Source: Podarcis filfolensis
Lineage: Eukaryota
Length of the DNA: 64,000 nt
Assembly: GCA_964270895.1 (NCBI GenBank)
Contig: OZ185439.1
Direction: 5' to 3' (one strand)
The position numbers and the translations under genes were made by a program. Below are positions 52,226 to 64,000 of the stretch, piece after piece. Within the stretch, counting starts at the first letter, position 1. Each line of letters begins with the position of its first letter. The notes below the pieces were generated by a model. It did no database searches, had not been told where the DNA came from, and saw nothing but the letters and a program-made list of their open reading frames with translations.

Positions 52226-52231
52226 AATAAT

Positions 52232-52279
<48 letters not shown>

Positions 52280-53095
52280 ACACACACACACCGCCCATCT
52301 GGCTGGCTTTCCCCAGCCACTCTGGGTGGCTTCCAACAAAACATTAAAAATACAATAAAACATCGAACATTAAAAACTTCCCTCAACGGGGCTGCCTTCA
52401 GATGTCTTCTAAAAGTCAGATAGTTGTTTATTTCCTTGACATCTGATGGGAGGGTGTTCCACAGGACGGGTGCCACTACCAAGAAGGCCCTCTGCCTGGT
52501 TCCTTATAACTTCGCTTCTCGCAGTGAGGGAACCACCAGAAGGCCGTCTGTGCTGGACCTCAGTGTCCAGGCTGAACGGTGGTGGTGGAGATGCTCCTTA
52601 AGGTATACTGAGCCGAGGCTGTTTAGGGCTTTAAAGGTCAGCACCAACACTTTGAATTGTGCTTGGAAATGTACTGGGAGACAATGTAGGTCTTTCAGGA
52701 CTGGTGTTATGTAGGCCACTCCCAGTCACCAGTCTAGCTGCCGCATTCTGGATTAGTTGTAGTTTCCGGGTCACCCTCAAGGGTAGCCCCACGTAGAGCG
52801 CATTGCAGTAGTCCAAGTGGGAGATCACTAGAGCATGCACCACTCTGGCGAGACAGTCCACAAGCAGGAAGGGTCTCAGCCTGTGTACCAGATGGAGCTG
52901 GTAGACAGTTGCCCAGGACACAGAGTTGACCTGCACCTCCATGGATAGCTGTGAGTCCAAAATGACTCCCAGGCTGCGCACCTGGTCCTTCAGGGGCACA
53001 GTTACCCCATTCAAGACCAGGGTGCCCTCCACACCTGCCCGCCCCCAAACAGTACTTCCATCTTGTCAGGATTCAACCCCAATCTGTTAGCCACC
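52226..53095 (-). mobile_element. L2 LINE 3' fragment with (AAT)n(CA)n tail
   Basis: Peptide LKDQVRSLGVILDSQLSMEVQVNSV...HALVISHLDYCNALYVGLP...LQLIQNAAARLVTG is typical of the L2 RT C-terminus. Confidence 0.9.
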
Positions 53096-54225
53096 ATACA
53101 TCCTCCAAACGCCTCCAGGCACTCACACAGGACCTTCACCATGGCTTTCACACTTGCAGCTCTTGCTTGGCATGCCTTGTGCTTCCAGTCCCTTGCTTCC
53201 CTGTGTTTCTCCTAGGGCGCCTCCAGACTGCTTAATATTTTGTGAGATATTTAGGTCGCAAAAATTGAAGCCGTCTACCCTCTAGCACAACAAATCCATT
53301 TTAAAAAAAGAAATGGACTGTGGAAAGTGATGGGGAAACACTTTGAAAGGCACAAGATAAATGAATGATGAACAGGACAGGACATAAATGCTCATTGTTC
53401 TTGCATAACCCACCTCCATGCAAACAAATCAGAATGAATGCTCAATAAAGACCGGATATAAACTAACTTCTGTGTATGCTTTGTGCAAGCAAACCAGGAT
53501 GAATGTTAAATAAATAGGTCATCCAGGGGGAGCCCTCTATTCCCACAGTCCTGCTTTTCTCCAGATTTCCTGACACACATTCCTCTCAAGGAGTCAGGAT
53601 TGCTTCATGCCTTACTTCCCTGCTCTGAGGCTTTCTAAATGGAGAGGCAACTTATAAATGTTAAAAGTAAATTTAGAAGGTAAATAATTTCCCCGTCTGC
53701 TGCAAGTACTCATACTTCTGTTGGTAAAAGTATGTGAACTGAAATGCAAAGTGTCTATTTTCTTCCTGCTTTGCACACTGGAGAGTTGAAACAAGTACAC
53801 TGAGTCACCACCATGCCAACGGCAGCAGAAGTGACACGTGGCACGACATAGAGGGGCTGTGATCATATTGCTCGTCTGTGTTCCCCTCCGAGCCCCAGAA
53901 CCTTTCCACGCCCATTCATCTCACAGAGCTGCCTGCCAAGTTCTGCAGAACTGCATGCCCCAACCGACCCATCTCTTATCAGCTTACAGCCGATTGCCCT
54001 TAAATGCGCGATTTCAAGCATATAATTCATATAGCTTTTTATGCAGGTAGCAGCAGTGCTTACAACCCAGAGGAAGGAGAGTGATGTGCAGAGCTGGTCC
54101 CCTGCTTGGTATCTGGCCCCAGGTTGAGGTAGCTGTCGTGGGAGTGCTGAGGTGCACTTTTCTCTCTTCCCAGCCTTGCCTGGGCTGGTGCTATCTGAGA
54201 CTCTTGGACTCCGAGATCCCGTTGA

Positions 54226-54235
54226 CTATTAATAA
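54226..54235 (+). promoter_or_regulatory. MYOZ1: MEF2 consensus site in the putative MYOZ1 promoter/5' region
   Basis: CTATTAATAA fits YTA(W)4TAR exactly; it lies in a repeat-free stretch about 240 nt upstream of a consensus donor. Confidence 0.6.
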
Positions 54236-54259
54236 CCCCAGGATGTCTGTGTGAGCAGT

Positions 54260-54471
54260 GTCTCCAAGAGTCAAATTCGCAGCACTCCACATCAGCACTT
54301 TGTGCCGTGCAGACCCTGAGCAGGGAGCGTGTGGGCCCCCGGATACCCAGGGGGGTCAAGAAGAGCTACTAAGCCTCCTGCAAGACCAAGCAAGCGAAGA
54401 ACGCCAGACACACCAAGGTCTGCTCTTGCTGCTGGAGGCTCTGCGGAGTGGCCTGTGCATGCGTGCCTGAG
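54260..54471 (+). other. MYOZ1: Putative non-coding exon 1 of MYOZ1; 5' end uncertain
   Basis: Consensus donor GAG|GTGAGT at 54472; MYOZ1 has a non-coding first exon in mammals (recalled); MEF2 site upstream. Confidence 0.5.
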
Positions 54472-56212
54472 GTGAGTGCCTGCACAAGGTGATGGTGAGC
54501 CGGGAAAGGTAGCTAGGAGGGACGGGACATCAAGAGAGGGGGCGGAACAAATGGTGGAAAGTCTGCATTGCATTGCAGTGCACTGCCTGGCAGTGGGGTA
54601 GGGGGTTAACAGGCAAAGCAAGCAGAAAGAAGTACTTGCACCTGTGAGCCTGAGACCCCTTTCCTCCCGAAACGCTCCCGAAACCACTAAATCCAGCGGA
54701 CCCTCTTTCCTACACTAGGAAAGCAAAGTCCTGCTGAAGTCCCGCTCTTGGGGACAATGACCATTACAGAGATCCCTTTTTCTTGAAGCGATCCACTCAA
54801 AATTGTCACCGCCGGCACTGGCAGCTTCAGCAGTCTTAAGTTACCATCCAGGACATTTGGGAAGGCTGCCAGCTCTCCCGTTCCTTTCGTGGCCTTACTA
54901 AATGTCAAAATAGATCAGATCTTTCTCTTGGATGTATCTCAGTATACTGCACATAGGGGTGTTTCCTCCCATGTTTCCCCACTTACTAACTTATCTCAGT
55001 AAGTAATACTACAGCAGAAGTTCTTTCCCATTCCCCATGAGGTCAGGTAGTAGCACCAATGCCTTGCCAGCTCGTTTCTGCTCCTTTTTTCTATCACCGG
55101 AGCAGCTGTCCAGGATCTTGCCGAAGTATTCATATGGGGCATTTAATTGGCACATCTGCTGCCCTTGATTTGGAGACGTACACATTTGGCAACTACATGA
55201 CATGGAGTTCACACTGGTTGGATGGATCCCAGTTAGAAAGAAGAGTGTGGAAATCAGTAAATAACTCCATTCCGGAAGACATTTTGTTGACCTGTAGGGT
55301 TCTCATTTGCTCTGGCCAAGGTGCTACACAGCAACAATCAGCCTTCACTTCTCACCTCAAACTGTTCAAAATGGAATAAAAAAAAATACACAGTAAAAAC
55401 AGTTTTAAGATGAAGGAGCCCTAGCCCAGCCTGAGCTCTTGGGCTCAAATGAGGAATTACAGGGTGAAATGTGTTTTGTCTTTTGAGACAAGAGTAATGC
55501 TGTCCTTTGCCCTTGAAATCTAAGAATAATGAATGAAAAACCTTGCTTGCAATGGATACATTTCACAAATCCTCTCAGTTTAATGCCTGCAATTCTGTAC
55601 TTTTAATCAGAGACTGGAGAACAGATGGCAGAAACAGCAGAATTTAGATGTCCAGCTAGCTGATTTCTTCTTCTGCTTTAAATAGAAGGTGCAATCAGCT
55701 CCCTGGACAGCTAGATTCTACCAGTTATGCCATCTGTCAAAGAAGTCCTACCTATTTTGTCATGGCTGAGAGTTTGGGGTGCAATTGCCAGAACTCTCCC
55801 ACATAATTGTAGAAGCAAAACTGGAAGTCCAAAGGTGGTCTTGTTTTATTTTTAACCACTTCCATACCCTTAATTTTAATGATGGATAGCAAATGAATGT
55901 AACAAATTCATCTGTTGAATTCCTTGTCTCAGACATTCCTCATCTTGCCAAGGGAAAAACTGGAAGACAAAAGGGTGAATTAGGATTGTGTGGTGAAATA
56001 ATATCCCTGTGCTTTTGTTCCTACTGGTGTTAATAACTTCTGCATTAGCAAAAACAAAAGTAATGGAAGGGGTTTTCCTATGCAAACGGTTTTTTGAGAA
56101 AATAACTTTCTAAGTTTCAAGAGATTGTCCTATATCTATATTCAACCTTCGAAGTGTACAACAAAATACAACGGCAGATTAATTATCGTTTTATTGCATT
56201 GATTGATTATGA

Positions 56213-56650
56213 CTAGGAATGGGTGAATAATTCCATTTTGGTTTATGTCAGTTTCTCATTTTTCCAATCTGAGCACAGTTCTCGACATTTCCACATCAGT
56301 TTCAATTTTTAAAAAAATCTCATGAACATTCATCAGCATTTTAGTGCAAATTTCTCCTCGTATACACATTTTTGTATGCAATTTTTGCCTAACGCATTTT
56401 TGCGAAGCATTTTATTTTCTCTAATAGTTCTATTTCTCCAAAAATAATGCATTTTTGAATGTTATTTTTCCATTTTCATACATATTTTATCTCAGTATGT
56501 GCACTTTTGTACACATTGCTTGGCTGGCGAACTGCACTGCAAAATTCAGAGACGTGTGAATTTTGAACAGTTGCATTTCTGTTCACATATTGTTTCGTAA
56601 AATGTGACTTAGGCAGATTCACCTTTGTTTGTAAACTGAATTGAACCTAT
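56213..56650. mobile_element. Old AT-rich DNA-transposon-like repeat
   Basis: Recurrent acacatttttgtatgcaattttt motifs; related pieces at about 21850-22020, 22430-22520 and 32255-32340. Confidence 0.4.
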
Positions 56651-58852
56651 GCCTACCTTTTGGGAATGTGGCACATACGTAAATAGATCCATTTCTACAC
56701 AGTCTTTCAAAAATGTTGAGGTTCTCAAAGGCAAAATGCAGTATTCAAAGACCAGAGCGGCTGCTAAAGAAACCAGAGAACACTGATTGGTGAGATTCTG
56801 GGAAACATATAAGAAAATTTAAATTTCCAGCAAATGCTTGTGATGCTCATGATTTGGGGGCAGTGATTTGCTTACTTTAATGGAGGAACCCCTGCACAAA
56901 ACCTTTGGCTAATATGGTGGCTGCTTGCTTCATGGGAGATGAGACACAATTTCTGAAAGGATGTGAAAAATATAGGAAGGAGTGTGATGGCTGGGAGGAT
57001 CACAAGAAGAGTTGTTTGCCCAGGTATGAAGTTGGCCAGTCTCTTTAGGCAGCCATATAGGGAGCAGCAGGAATAGGCCTGTAGAAGTGTGGGTACCGTT
57101 GGCATAGGGAAATGTCAGAGGGATGACCTGGGTGCTAAATTTAGGCTGTTCGGTAAGAAATTTGGGACCTCCATGGTGGCTTTCTCTAAATAGACCTCCT
57201 GTTCCCAAATAGGAGCAGTAGGGCAAGCAGAGGTTCTGATGATCAACGGATTAACAAGAAACCAGTAGTTCTAACAAGTACATTTTCCCCTGCTATTAAC
57301 AAAGGAATATTCTGTGCAGGAAAGAGATTACAAGCCAGCAATGAATTTAGAACTAAAACAGAATGGAACTGGGCATTATGATACAGAAACACTTGAAGAA
57401 GTAGTTGCAAATTAGAGAGTGGTGTGGACATGAACAGATTTTGCGGGGGGGGGGGACTCCCGACGAAATTGCTAAAATCTAAGCAGGCCCTGGAGGTCAC
57501 ACAAAAATTCCACAGTGCCATTTCCTTGAATAAATTGGCAGCCCCCTATAGCTGCCTTGAAGTTGGGGGGGGGAGGGGGTAGATCTAAATTATGGTTCTG
57601 CTGAGTGAAACCTAATTTGGCTCTTGGACAGGGAGAGCGAGATTAAAAATGTCTCTTAACAATTAAACTCACTGGGGACTCCTGGTCAAATGATCACCTC
57701 TGTCTAATCTATGAGGCCACCACTTTCCTGAAGTTAAGCAGGTCTAACCTCCTGGGAACCACATGTATAACACTTCCAGTTCCATTACAGAAGAATGGGT
57801 AAAATGCAAGTGTAAGAAAATGGCCGCTTACTCAGTCTCTGGGTGGGCAGCAGTTGTGGAATTCCCTCTGCCAGCTGCAAAGAATGGTGGGATAATCCAC
57901 CACCCCTAGATTTCAAATTGGCCATCAGGTGGCCAGAGGGCCCAGCTATAAAGGTCAGTTGCATCCAAGTTTCGGACCATATTCAGATCCGAGAAGGAAT
58001 TTCCTGCAAACAAGATTGACCCTGTTTGGAGGTTTTGCCTTCCTGATAACAAATAGTCTCGACTTTTGGCAGATAAGGCATTGGGTGGAATCCTTTAGTC
58101 TAATATCGGGTTGGTGTGAAGTGGTGCATCACCTCTAATCCAAACTGGAGCGATCGCAGGGTACTCCATTAGAGGGGTCTAGTGAGAACTCTGTCCAGAA
58201 GCCAAGCATGGGCCACCTATGTAGACCCATGTTTTGAGGAAGTTCCATAATCTCAGGCACAACCCCATTCAAACATCTGCCACCCACCTGGAGGCTGAAT
58301 TTGGATATGTACCCAATGGCTGAGCCAAAGCCTACCTAAAAGCTGTGGCCAGTTTTAAAATCCCAGAATGTTTTCTTGTTCGGTTTGTTACACATAAACA
58401 TTGCCTAGGCCTTAGCTGCCTGGGTCGGGGGTCACTGTGAGCGGGTCCGCTATAGCAATGCAGGCAAAGAGTATTTCAGTGGAAAACAAGCAAAATTACA
58501 TTTGAGTAGAAATATAGGATTGTGATGCCAACGCAGAAGTTTGACAACTGTCAAAAACTGAGGCGTAACTAATGTAGTCTTAATAGGGTACCCAAATGTT
58601 AGTGAGGTGATTATGAGGAATAGGCCTAGCCAAAAGAAGCTCTATGTGCTGTTGTTGTTTTTTTAAATCAACGTAACAGAAAGGAAAGTGGACATATGCT
58701 GGACCTTTGCCATTGGGCTACTAAATGTGGAAGTTTATTGGTGCATTTTTTTTCTGGTGGGTGGCTTGTCATGTGTGTGGTGAAATTTCAGTGGGTGGTC
58801 CCTTTTGCCACACCCTTGCTTCCAATTTGCTTTCCCCTAAGCACAACCTAAC

Positions 58853-59221
58853 GGGACGCGGGTGGCACTGTAGTGTAAACCACTGAGCCTAGAGCTTGCT
58901 GATCGGAAGGTCAGCTCGTTCGAATCCCCGCGATAGAGTGAGCTCCTGTTATTCGGTCCCAGCTCCTGCCAACCTAGCAGTTCGAAAGCACGTCAAAGTG
59001 CTAGTAGATAAATAGGTACTGCTCCGGCGGGAAGGTAAACGGCGTTTCCGTGTTCTGCTCTGGTTCACGAGAAGCGGCTTAGTCACGCTGGCCACATGAC
59101 CCGGAAGCTGTCTGTGGACGAATGCCAGCTCCCTCGGCCTATAGAGCTAGATGAGCACCGCAACCCCAGAGTCGTCCGCGACTGGACCTAACGGTCAGGG
59201 GTACCTTTACCTTTACCTTTT
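58853..59221 (+). mobile_element. Sauria SINE in putative MYOZ1 intron 1
   Basis: GGGACGCGGG head, ACCTTT tail, TSD CAACCTAA. Confidence 0.9.
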
Positions 59222-60931
59222 CAACCTAATCATAAATTTAACATGCTAGACATATACACACACCCGTGCACTTTGCCACCCCAATATATATTTTCCCCTT
59301 GTAGCTCCACTTGTAAGGAGCAGATTTCACTCATTTCCCTCTTGTGTAATCTACACATATGGCTATGCATAGGCAGTCCAATGGAAGAATGGAAATCACT
59401 TAACTGTTGCAGTAGGGGGCTAATCCTGCCCCATGTTCATCTTTATTTGTCTTGGCCTCAGCTAAGGGTATTTTGAGGGTAGGGAGGGTATATGTCTTAC
59501 CAGCTGCCAGCTGTGCCTTTGACTGGGGATGTGGACAGAGTTTGCACTTTTTGAAATCGCTTACAAAATGTCACGCAATTCGCTGTTTTGTGCCCCCAAG
59601 CACAGTGAGTGAGATTCTTCGAGCAATCGCAGGATTACAGTGCTCTGCGTGGTAGTGGTGCTTTTTAAAATGAAAAATCTTTTTTTCCATAATGAATTCT
59701 GCTCTTCTAGCTTCCCGTTATACAAGTAATCTCCTGGACATATGGCAAGTAGGGTGGTTATTATTATTAATTTTAAAGAAAACCTGTTAAAATTCCCAGA
59801 AAAGCTCCCCCCCCATTTTGGGGAGTGTGTTCCCAAAGAAAGCTAAACAACTTTGACCCCCAACTTTGTCTGGATTTCCACTTTGGGGGATATAGCAGCC
59901 CAAAAAATATGCAAGATTACGTAAACCAAAACCATGCTAGAATTTGTGGCTGGAATTCATGTTGAGAAACAAACAGTCTGTCAAAGTTTTTGAAAACAAT
60001 TATGAATTTTGTACAATTTTTTTTTACTCTTTTTACATCAGATGTATCACATTTATGAAAGAGAACAAGGTGTAAAGTGGGATGGGTTCAATAACGTGAG
60101 AAAAATGAATGAAATAAGACAACATTACAAATTGCATCGTTATTGATAACTGAAACCAGGAAGAATAGAACATTGTTAACTCAAGCAAGAAACACACGAG
60201 GACACATATTGCAGACAAACCTGCATCTCTGGAATACCTGAAACAGCCAGAAATTGTTAGTGCAGAACTAATTTTTTTGCTGAAGCCAAATCTGCCCATT
60301 TACCAACATACATTTTCATGAGCACAATATAGATACTCCCATTGTTTAAAACAAAACAAAACCCCTCAGAGAAAAGCACTATGAATAACTAATGTCATTC
60401 TGTTGCAGTGTAGATGTGACCTTTAAAAAAAAGCTATGCTTTTAAGTAATAGATTTAAGTAATCTGATAATATGTAAACTAATCATCAGATTACGTTTCT
60501 GCCATACAGCATGTTGTATCAACTTCTATTAAACATTGTTGAACAGGTTTCTAACAATATATCTGGAACATTTATATGGTCCAGTGTTAGCAGAGAATCT
60601 TCCTTAGCTTCTTCAGCCTAGAAATTAATAAAGAGGCTTCCTGGTCCTTTCTGTCCTCCTCAGGGACATGCCACATTATCAAATTATTTGTTTTGGTTTT
60701 TCAAAATCTGCAGCCTACACAGTTATCTTACTGAATAAAATCTCCCACACAGCTTATTCATCACTCAATTTCATTTGTTGTTTTGCTACATCCTTCTGTA
60801 TATTATCATAATTAGCAAATATAGTTCTCTGTACTGAGGTGACTCGTCTGTAGACCAGAGATCTCAGAACCTCAATGAACCTCAAACATACCGAGTAGCT
60901 GGGTACCAGGTCATGAAATTCCTGTTGGCAC

Positions 60932-60982
<51 letters not shown>

Positions 60983-61200
60983 GTCACCCATCTGACTGGG
61001 TTGCCCCAGCCACTCTGGGTGACTCCTAACAAAATATTAAAAATGCAATAAAATACTAACCATTAACTGCCTTCAGATGTCTTCCAAAAGTCATATAGCT
61101 ATTTATCTGTTTGATATCTGATGGGAGGGTGTTGCATAAGACAGCTGCCACTACTGGGAAGGCTCTCTGCCTGGTTCCCTGAAACTTCACTTCTCGCAGT
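60932..61200 (-). mobile_element. L2 tail with (TTA)17
   Basis: 51-nt TTA run followed by an antisense L2 end. Confidence 0.8.
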
Positions 61201-61515
61201 TGAGGAACTGGCAGAAGTGATTACTGAAATTGGCCAAAACTGCAAAATATGCCGCCAGAATGAAAAACAGGTCATGTGCCATCATTGTTCCTTAGGATTT
61301 GCTGGGGCTGGGAAAGATTCCAGAAGCATCTGTGTGGACTGGCCCCTTTTGTCTTGAGAGAGGAAGTTGGTAGACACCTTTTCTATATATGCCAGAAGGG
61401 GGAAGGGATTAGCAAACGAAAGAAAACTCCATCGTGAAAGAGGCAACAGCTCTGTATTTAACCTAACACGAATGAGAAGTTCATTTACACTATTCTATTC
61501 TCGTACAGAAACAGC

Positions 61516-61591
61516 ATGCCTCTTGCAGGAACCCCGGCTCCCAATAAGAAGAGAAAGCCTACTAAACTCATTTTAGAACTAACCCAAGAAG
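61516..61591 (+). CDS. MYOZ1: Myozenin-1 (calsarcin-2/FATZ-1) first coding exon; the gene continues beyond the window
   Basis: Exon 61509-61591 with acceptor cgtacAG; MPLAGTPAPNKKRKPTKLILELTQE resembles MYOZ1 MPLSGTPAPNKKRKSSKLIMELT; donor AAG|GTAAG, phase 1. Confidence 0.93.
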
Positions 61592-62032
61592 GTAAGATAT
61601 ATGTGCACCTGAACGCAGACATAAAATCCTCTCTGAGCACTTCCTCCCTAGAGTATCTGTGGAGTGCCAAACAGAGAACAAGCATAGAAGCTTCTATGAA
61701 AATGAAGTCATGAGTGGTTAGGTTACGGCTTATGTAGAAGGACCACAACAGTCTCCTGCTTTCTAGAATATTTACAGGCTCACCCCAAAGAGCCAAACTG
61801 TATGTGATGATGTTTAGTCACATGCAGTTCGTCTCAAGTTTTTTCTTTTTCTTTTACAAGATGGAACCCACAAGCAGAAGAATGGCACAGTGAGGGACGC
61901 AATGACTACCCATATTTTCCCAGCTGAGGAGAAAATATGGATATTTATTGCGGTCTCTCACTGTCACTGATGTTAAGTCCTTAGATTTCAAGTAGCACTG
62001 CAGCAGCAAAGGTTATTTAGATATACACTGAC

Positions 62033-62341
62033 CAGTGCTGGATTTATGTATAAGCTAAACAAGCTATAGCTTAGGGTCCCACTCTCTTGGGCTCTCCCAC
62101 AAAGTTCACTATTAATATACTTCTTCTTAATTGTATTCAGTTCAACAATAACTCTGATAAATTACGTATTTTGTTATGTGCAAATGGCTTTAGATACCTA
62201 TTAGGTCCATAAATTACCATATAGCATATATTCAACACAAAAAACAGTGACGATTTGTTGTTGACAAAGGACAGCTAGACATATAAAGGGCCCCATTACC
62301 TCCCGTGGTTTAGGGCCTCATCAAACCAAAATCCGGCCCTG
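62033..62341. mobile_element. hAT (Tip100-like) MITE
   Basis: TIRs CAGTGCTGGATTT / AAATCCGGCCCTG; perfect 8-bp TSD ACACTGAC. Confidence 0.9.
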
Positions 62342-62685
62342 ACACTGACATATGTGTCCCTCCTGCGCTACACATTGAAAACAGTATTATGCCACTTTAA
62401 ACAGTTGTGTCTCGCCACAAAGAATCCTGGGAACTGTAGTTGCTTAAGGGTTATGAGAGTTGAAAGGAGACTCCTTATTTACCTCACAGAACCACAATTC
62501 CCAGAGTTCACTGGGAAGAGGGATTGAGTGTTAAGCCACTCTCAGGATTGCTGCTCAGAGAACTCAGGGAACTATAGCTCTGTAAGGGGAATAGTGATCT
62601 CCTCACAACTCTCGACATTTTTAACAAACTACAGTCCCCAGGATCCTTTGAGGGCATCCATGACTGTTTAAAGTCATAATACGTA

Positions 62686-62982
62686 CAGTGGTACCTCAGG
62701 TTAAGAACTTAATTTGTTCTGGAGGTCCGTTCTTAACCTGAAACTGTTCTTAACCTGAAGCACCACTTTAGCTAATGGGGCCTCCCGCTGTCGCCACGCC
62801 ACTGCTGCATGATTTCTGTTCTCATCCTGAAGCAAAGTTCTTAACCTGAGGTACTATTTCTGGGTTAGCGGAGTCTGTAACCTGAAGCGTCTGTAACCTG
62901 AAGCAAAGTTCTTAACCCGAGGTAATATTTCTGGGTTAGTGGAGTCTGTAACCTGAAGCGTCTGTAACCTGAGGTACCACTG
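62686..62982 (-). mobile_element. Tigger/pogo-like MITE with internal 71-bp duplication
   Basis: CAGTGGTACCTCAGGTTA TIRs, TA flanks; repeat units 62826-62896 and 62897-62967. Confidence 0.88.
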
Positions 62983-64000
62983 TACTGCATTAGAGGTACA
63001 GTACAGACAGGGTGGTAAAGAGTCAGGAAAGAAGTTAATTGTTTAATTATTTTGCTTTGACTGGAAAACAGGCATGGCTTGATTCTGAATCGCTAGTTAT
63101 TTGATTTGTTGATGGGGGGGTGCATAAATATACTTGCACAAGCAAGCCACACGAAGCTCTGATTCAGTATAGTAAATGAATGGCAGCGCCTTGGCTGAAA
63201 TGCTTCAGTATTGCTTGAAACCTTGTCGCATGGCCTCCAGCATGCTGTGCACATAGTTTATCAGCACAGCAGCCACAGCAAGTGACTGCTGGGGTTGGGA
63301 TATGAACAGCTGTGACCTAAGAACCATGAGGGATGTTAACGGTGGCAGAAATTTTAGGACCTGGTGGCCTTCAAGTTTAGGGCCTCAAACATAGGCAGAG
63401 CTCAGACCCTGCAAGGTGAGCAAAATGGTGTTGCTCCGATTGTGTGGCGTATAACTGGGCTCATCCCAGCTCTGTACTGTGGAAACATCAACAAAATCAC
63501 AGAGGTTCCATTGTTACAGTTCTCATGGTGGACTCCTGCTGAGGAAGCAACAATTGAATCCATGAGAGGCAACCGGGATTGCTACCTTAGAAATGAAATG
63601 TTAACAGCCTGTTTTGTTTGTTTAGGTTTGTATGTAGTTGGGAAAATTAAATAAAAATATTTTTAAAAATATGGCGAAGACCAAAAATTGGCTTCTGCTG
63701 GCTTCCTTGGTGTCAGGGCTAGCGCACATTAGAATTTCTAATGAGCATAATCTGCCAATTTCTGTTTGGATTAGGATGGAAATCATCAAAAGTAAAAAAA
63801 CAACAACAGAGATACAGAGACTAAGAATTCTGCTGTCAGGTGTGCAAATGCCATGCCCATTTTCACTTGCCTGAGTCAAACATCTGTTCTGACCCATAGA
63901 GATCAGTCCTTTTGCTCTGTCTTTTGACACCCAATATCTGCTGTAAATGGTGGAAGTGGACATGGCTAGAGAGTTCAGATCTCCACTTCATAGAATAAGC

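Noticed and set aside
52631-53048. 133-aa and 104-aa ORFs
   Set aside because: Broken L2 reverse-transcriptase remnant, not a host gene.
61592-64000. Search for the next MYOZ1 exon (LNLGKKISVPRD...)
   Set aside because: Not found; it presumably lies beyond the window end.

Overview
Vertebrate genomic DNA, most likely a lacertid lizard (inferred from Sauria/Squam1-type SINEs and lizard-type L2 tails and MITEs). The window carries a muscle Z-disc gene pair on the + strand. The first is a complete 4-exon SYNPO2L (CHAP): CDS 5416-5523, 18434-18585, 23003-23670, 38699-41034; 3264 nt = 1087 aa; all GT-AG junctions in phase. The second is the 5' part of MYOZ1: putative non-coding exon ending 54471 and first coding exon 61509-61591. 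A CpG island at 1-760 holds the first non-coding exon(s) of a minus-strand gene, probably SEC24C by synteny recalled from other amniotes. Introns and intergenic DNA are dense with transposon remnants: Sauria SINEs with TSDs, a solo LTR, L1/L2/CR1/RTE fragments, hAT and Tc1/mariner-type MITEs, and microsatellites. Almost all ORFs in the supplied track are spurious or TE-derived. I see no convincing new biological system. The best leads are regulatory: an unlocated short-isoform promoter in SYNPO2L intron 3, inverted repeats flanking exons 2-3, a CCAAT-amplified solo LTR, and a MEF2-type MYOZ1 promoter. Repeat family names come from my recognition of the sequences, not from database searches.
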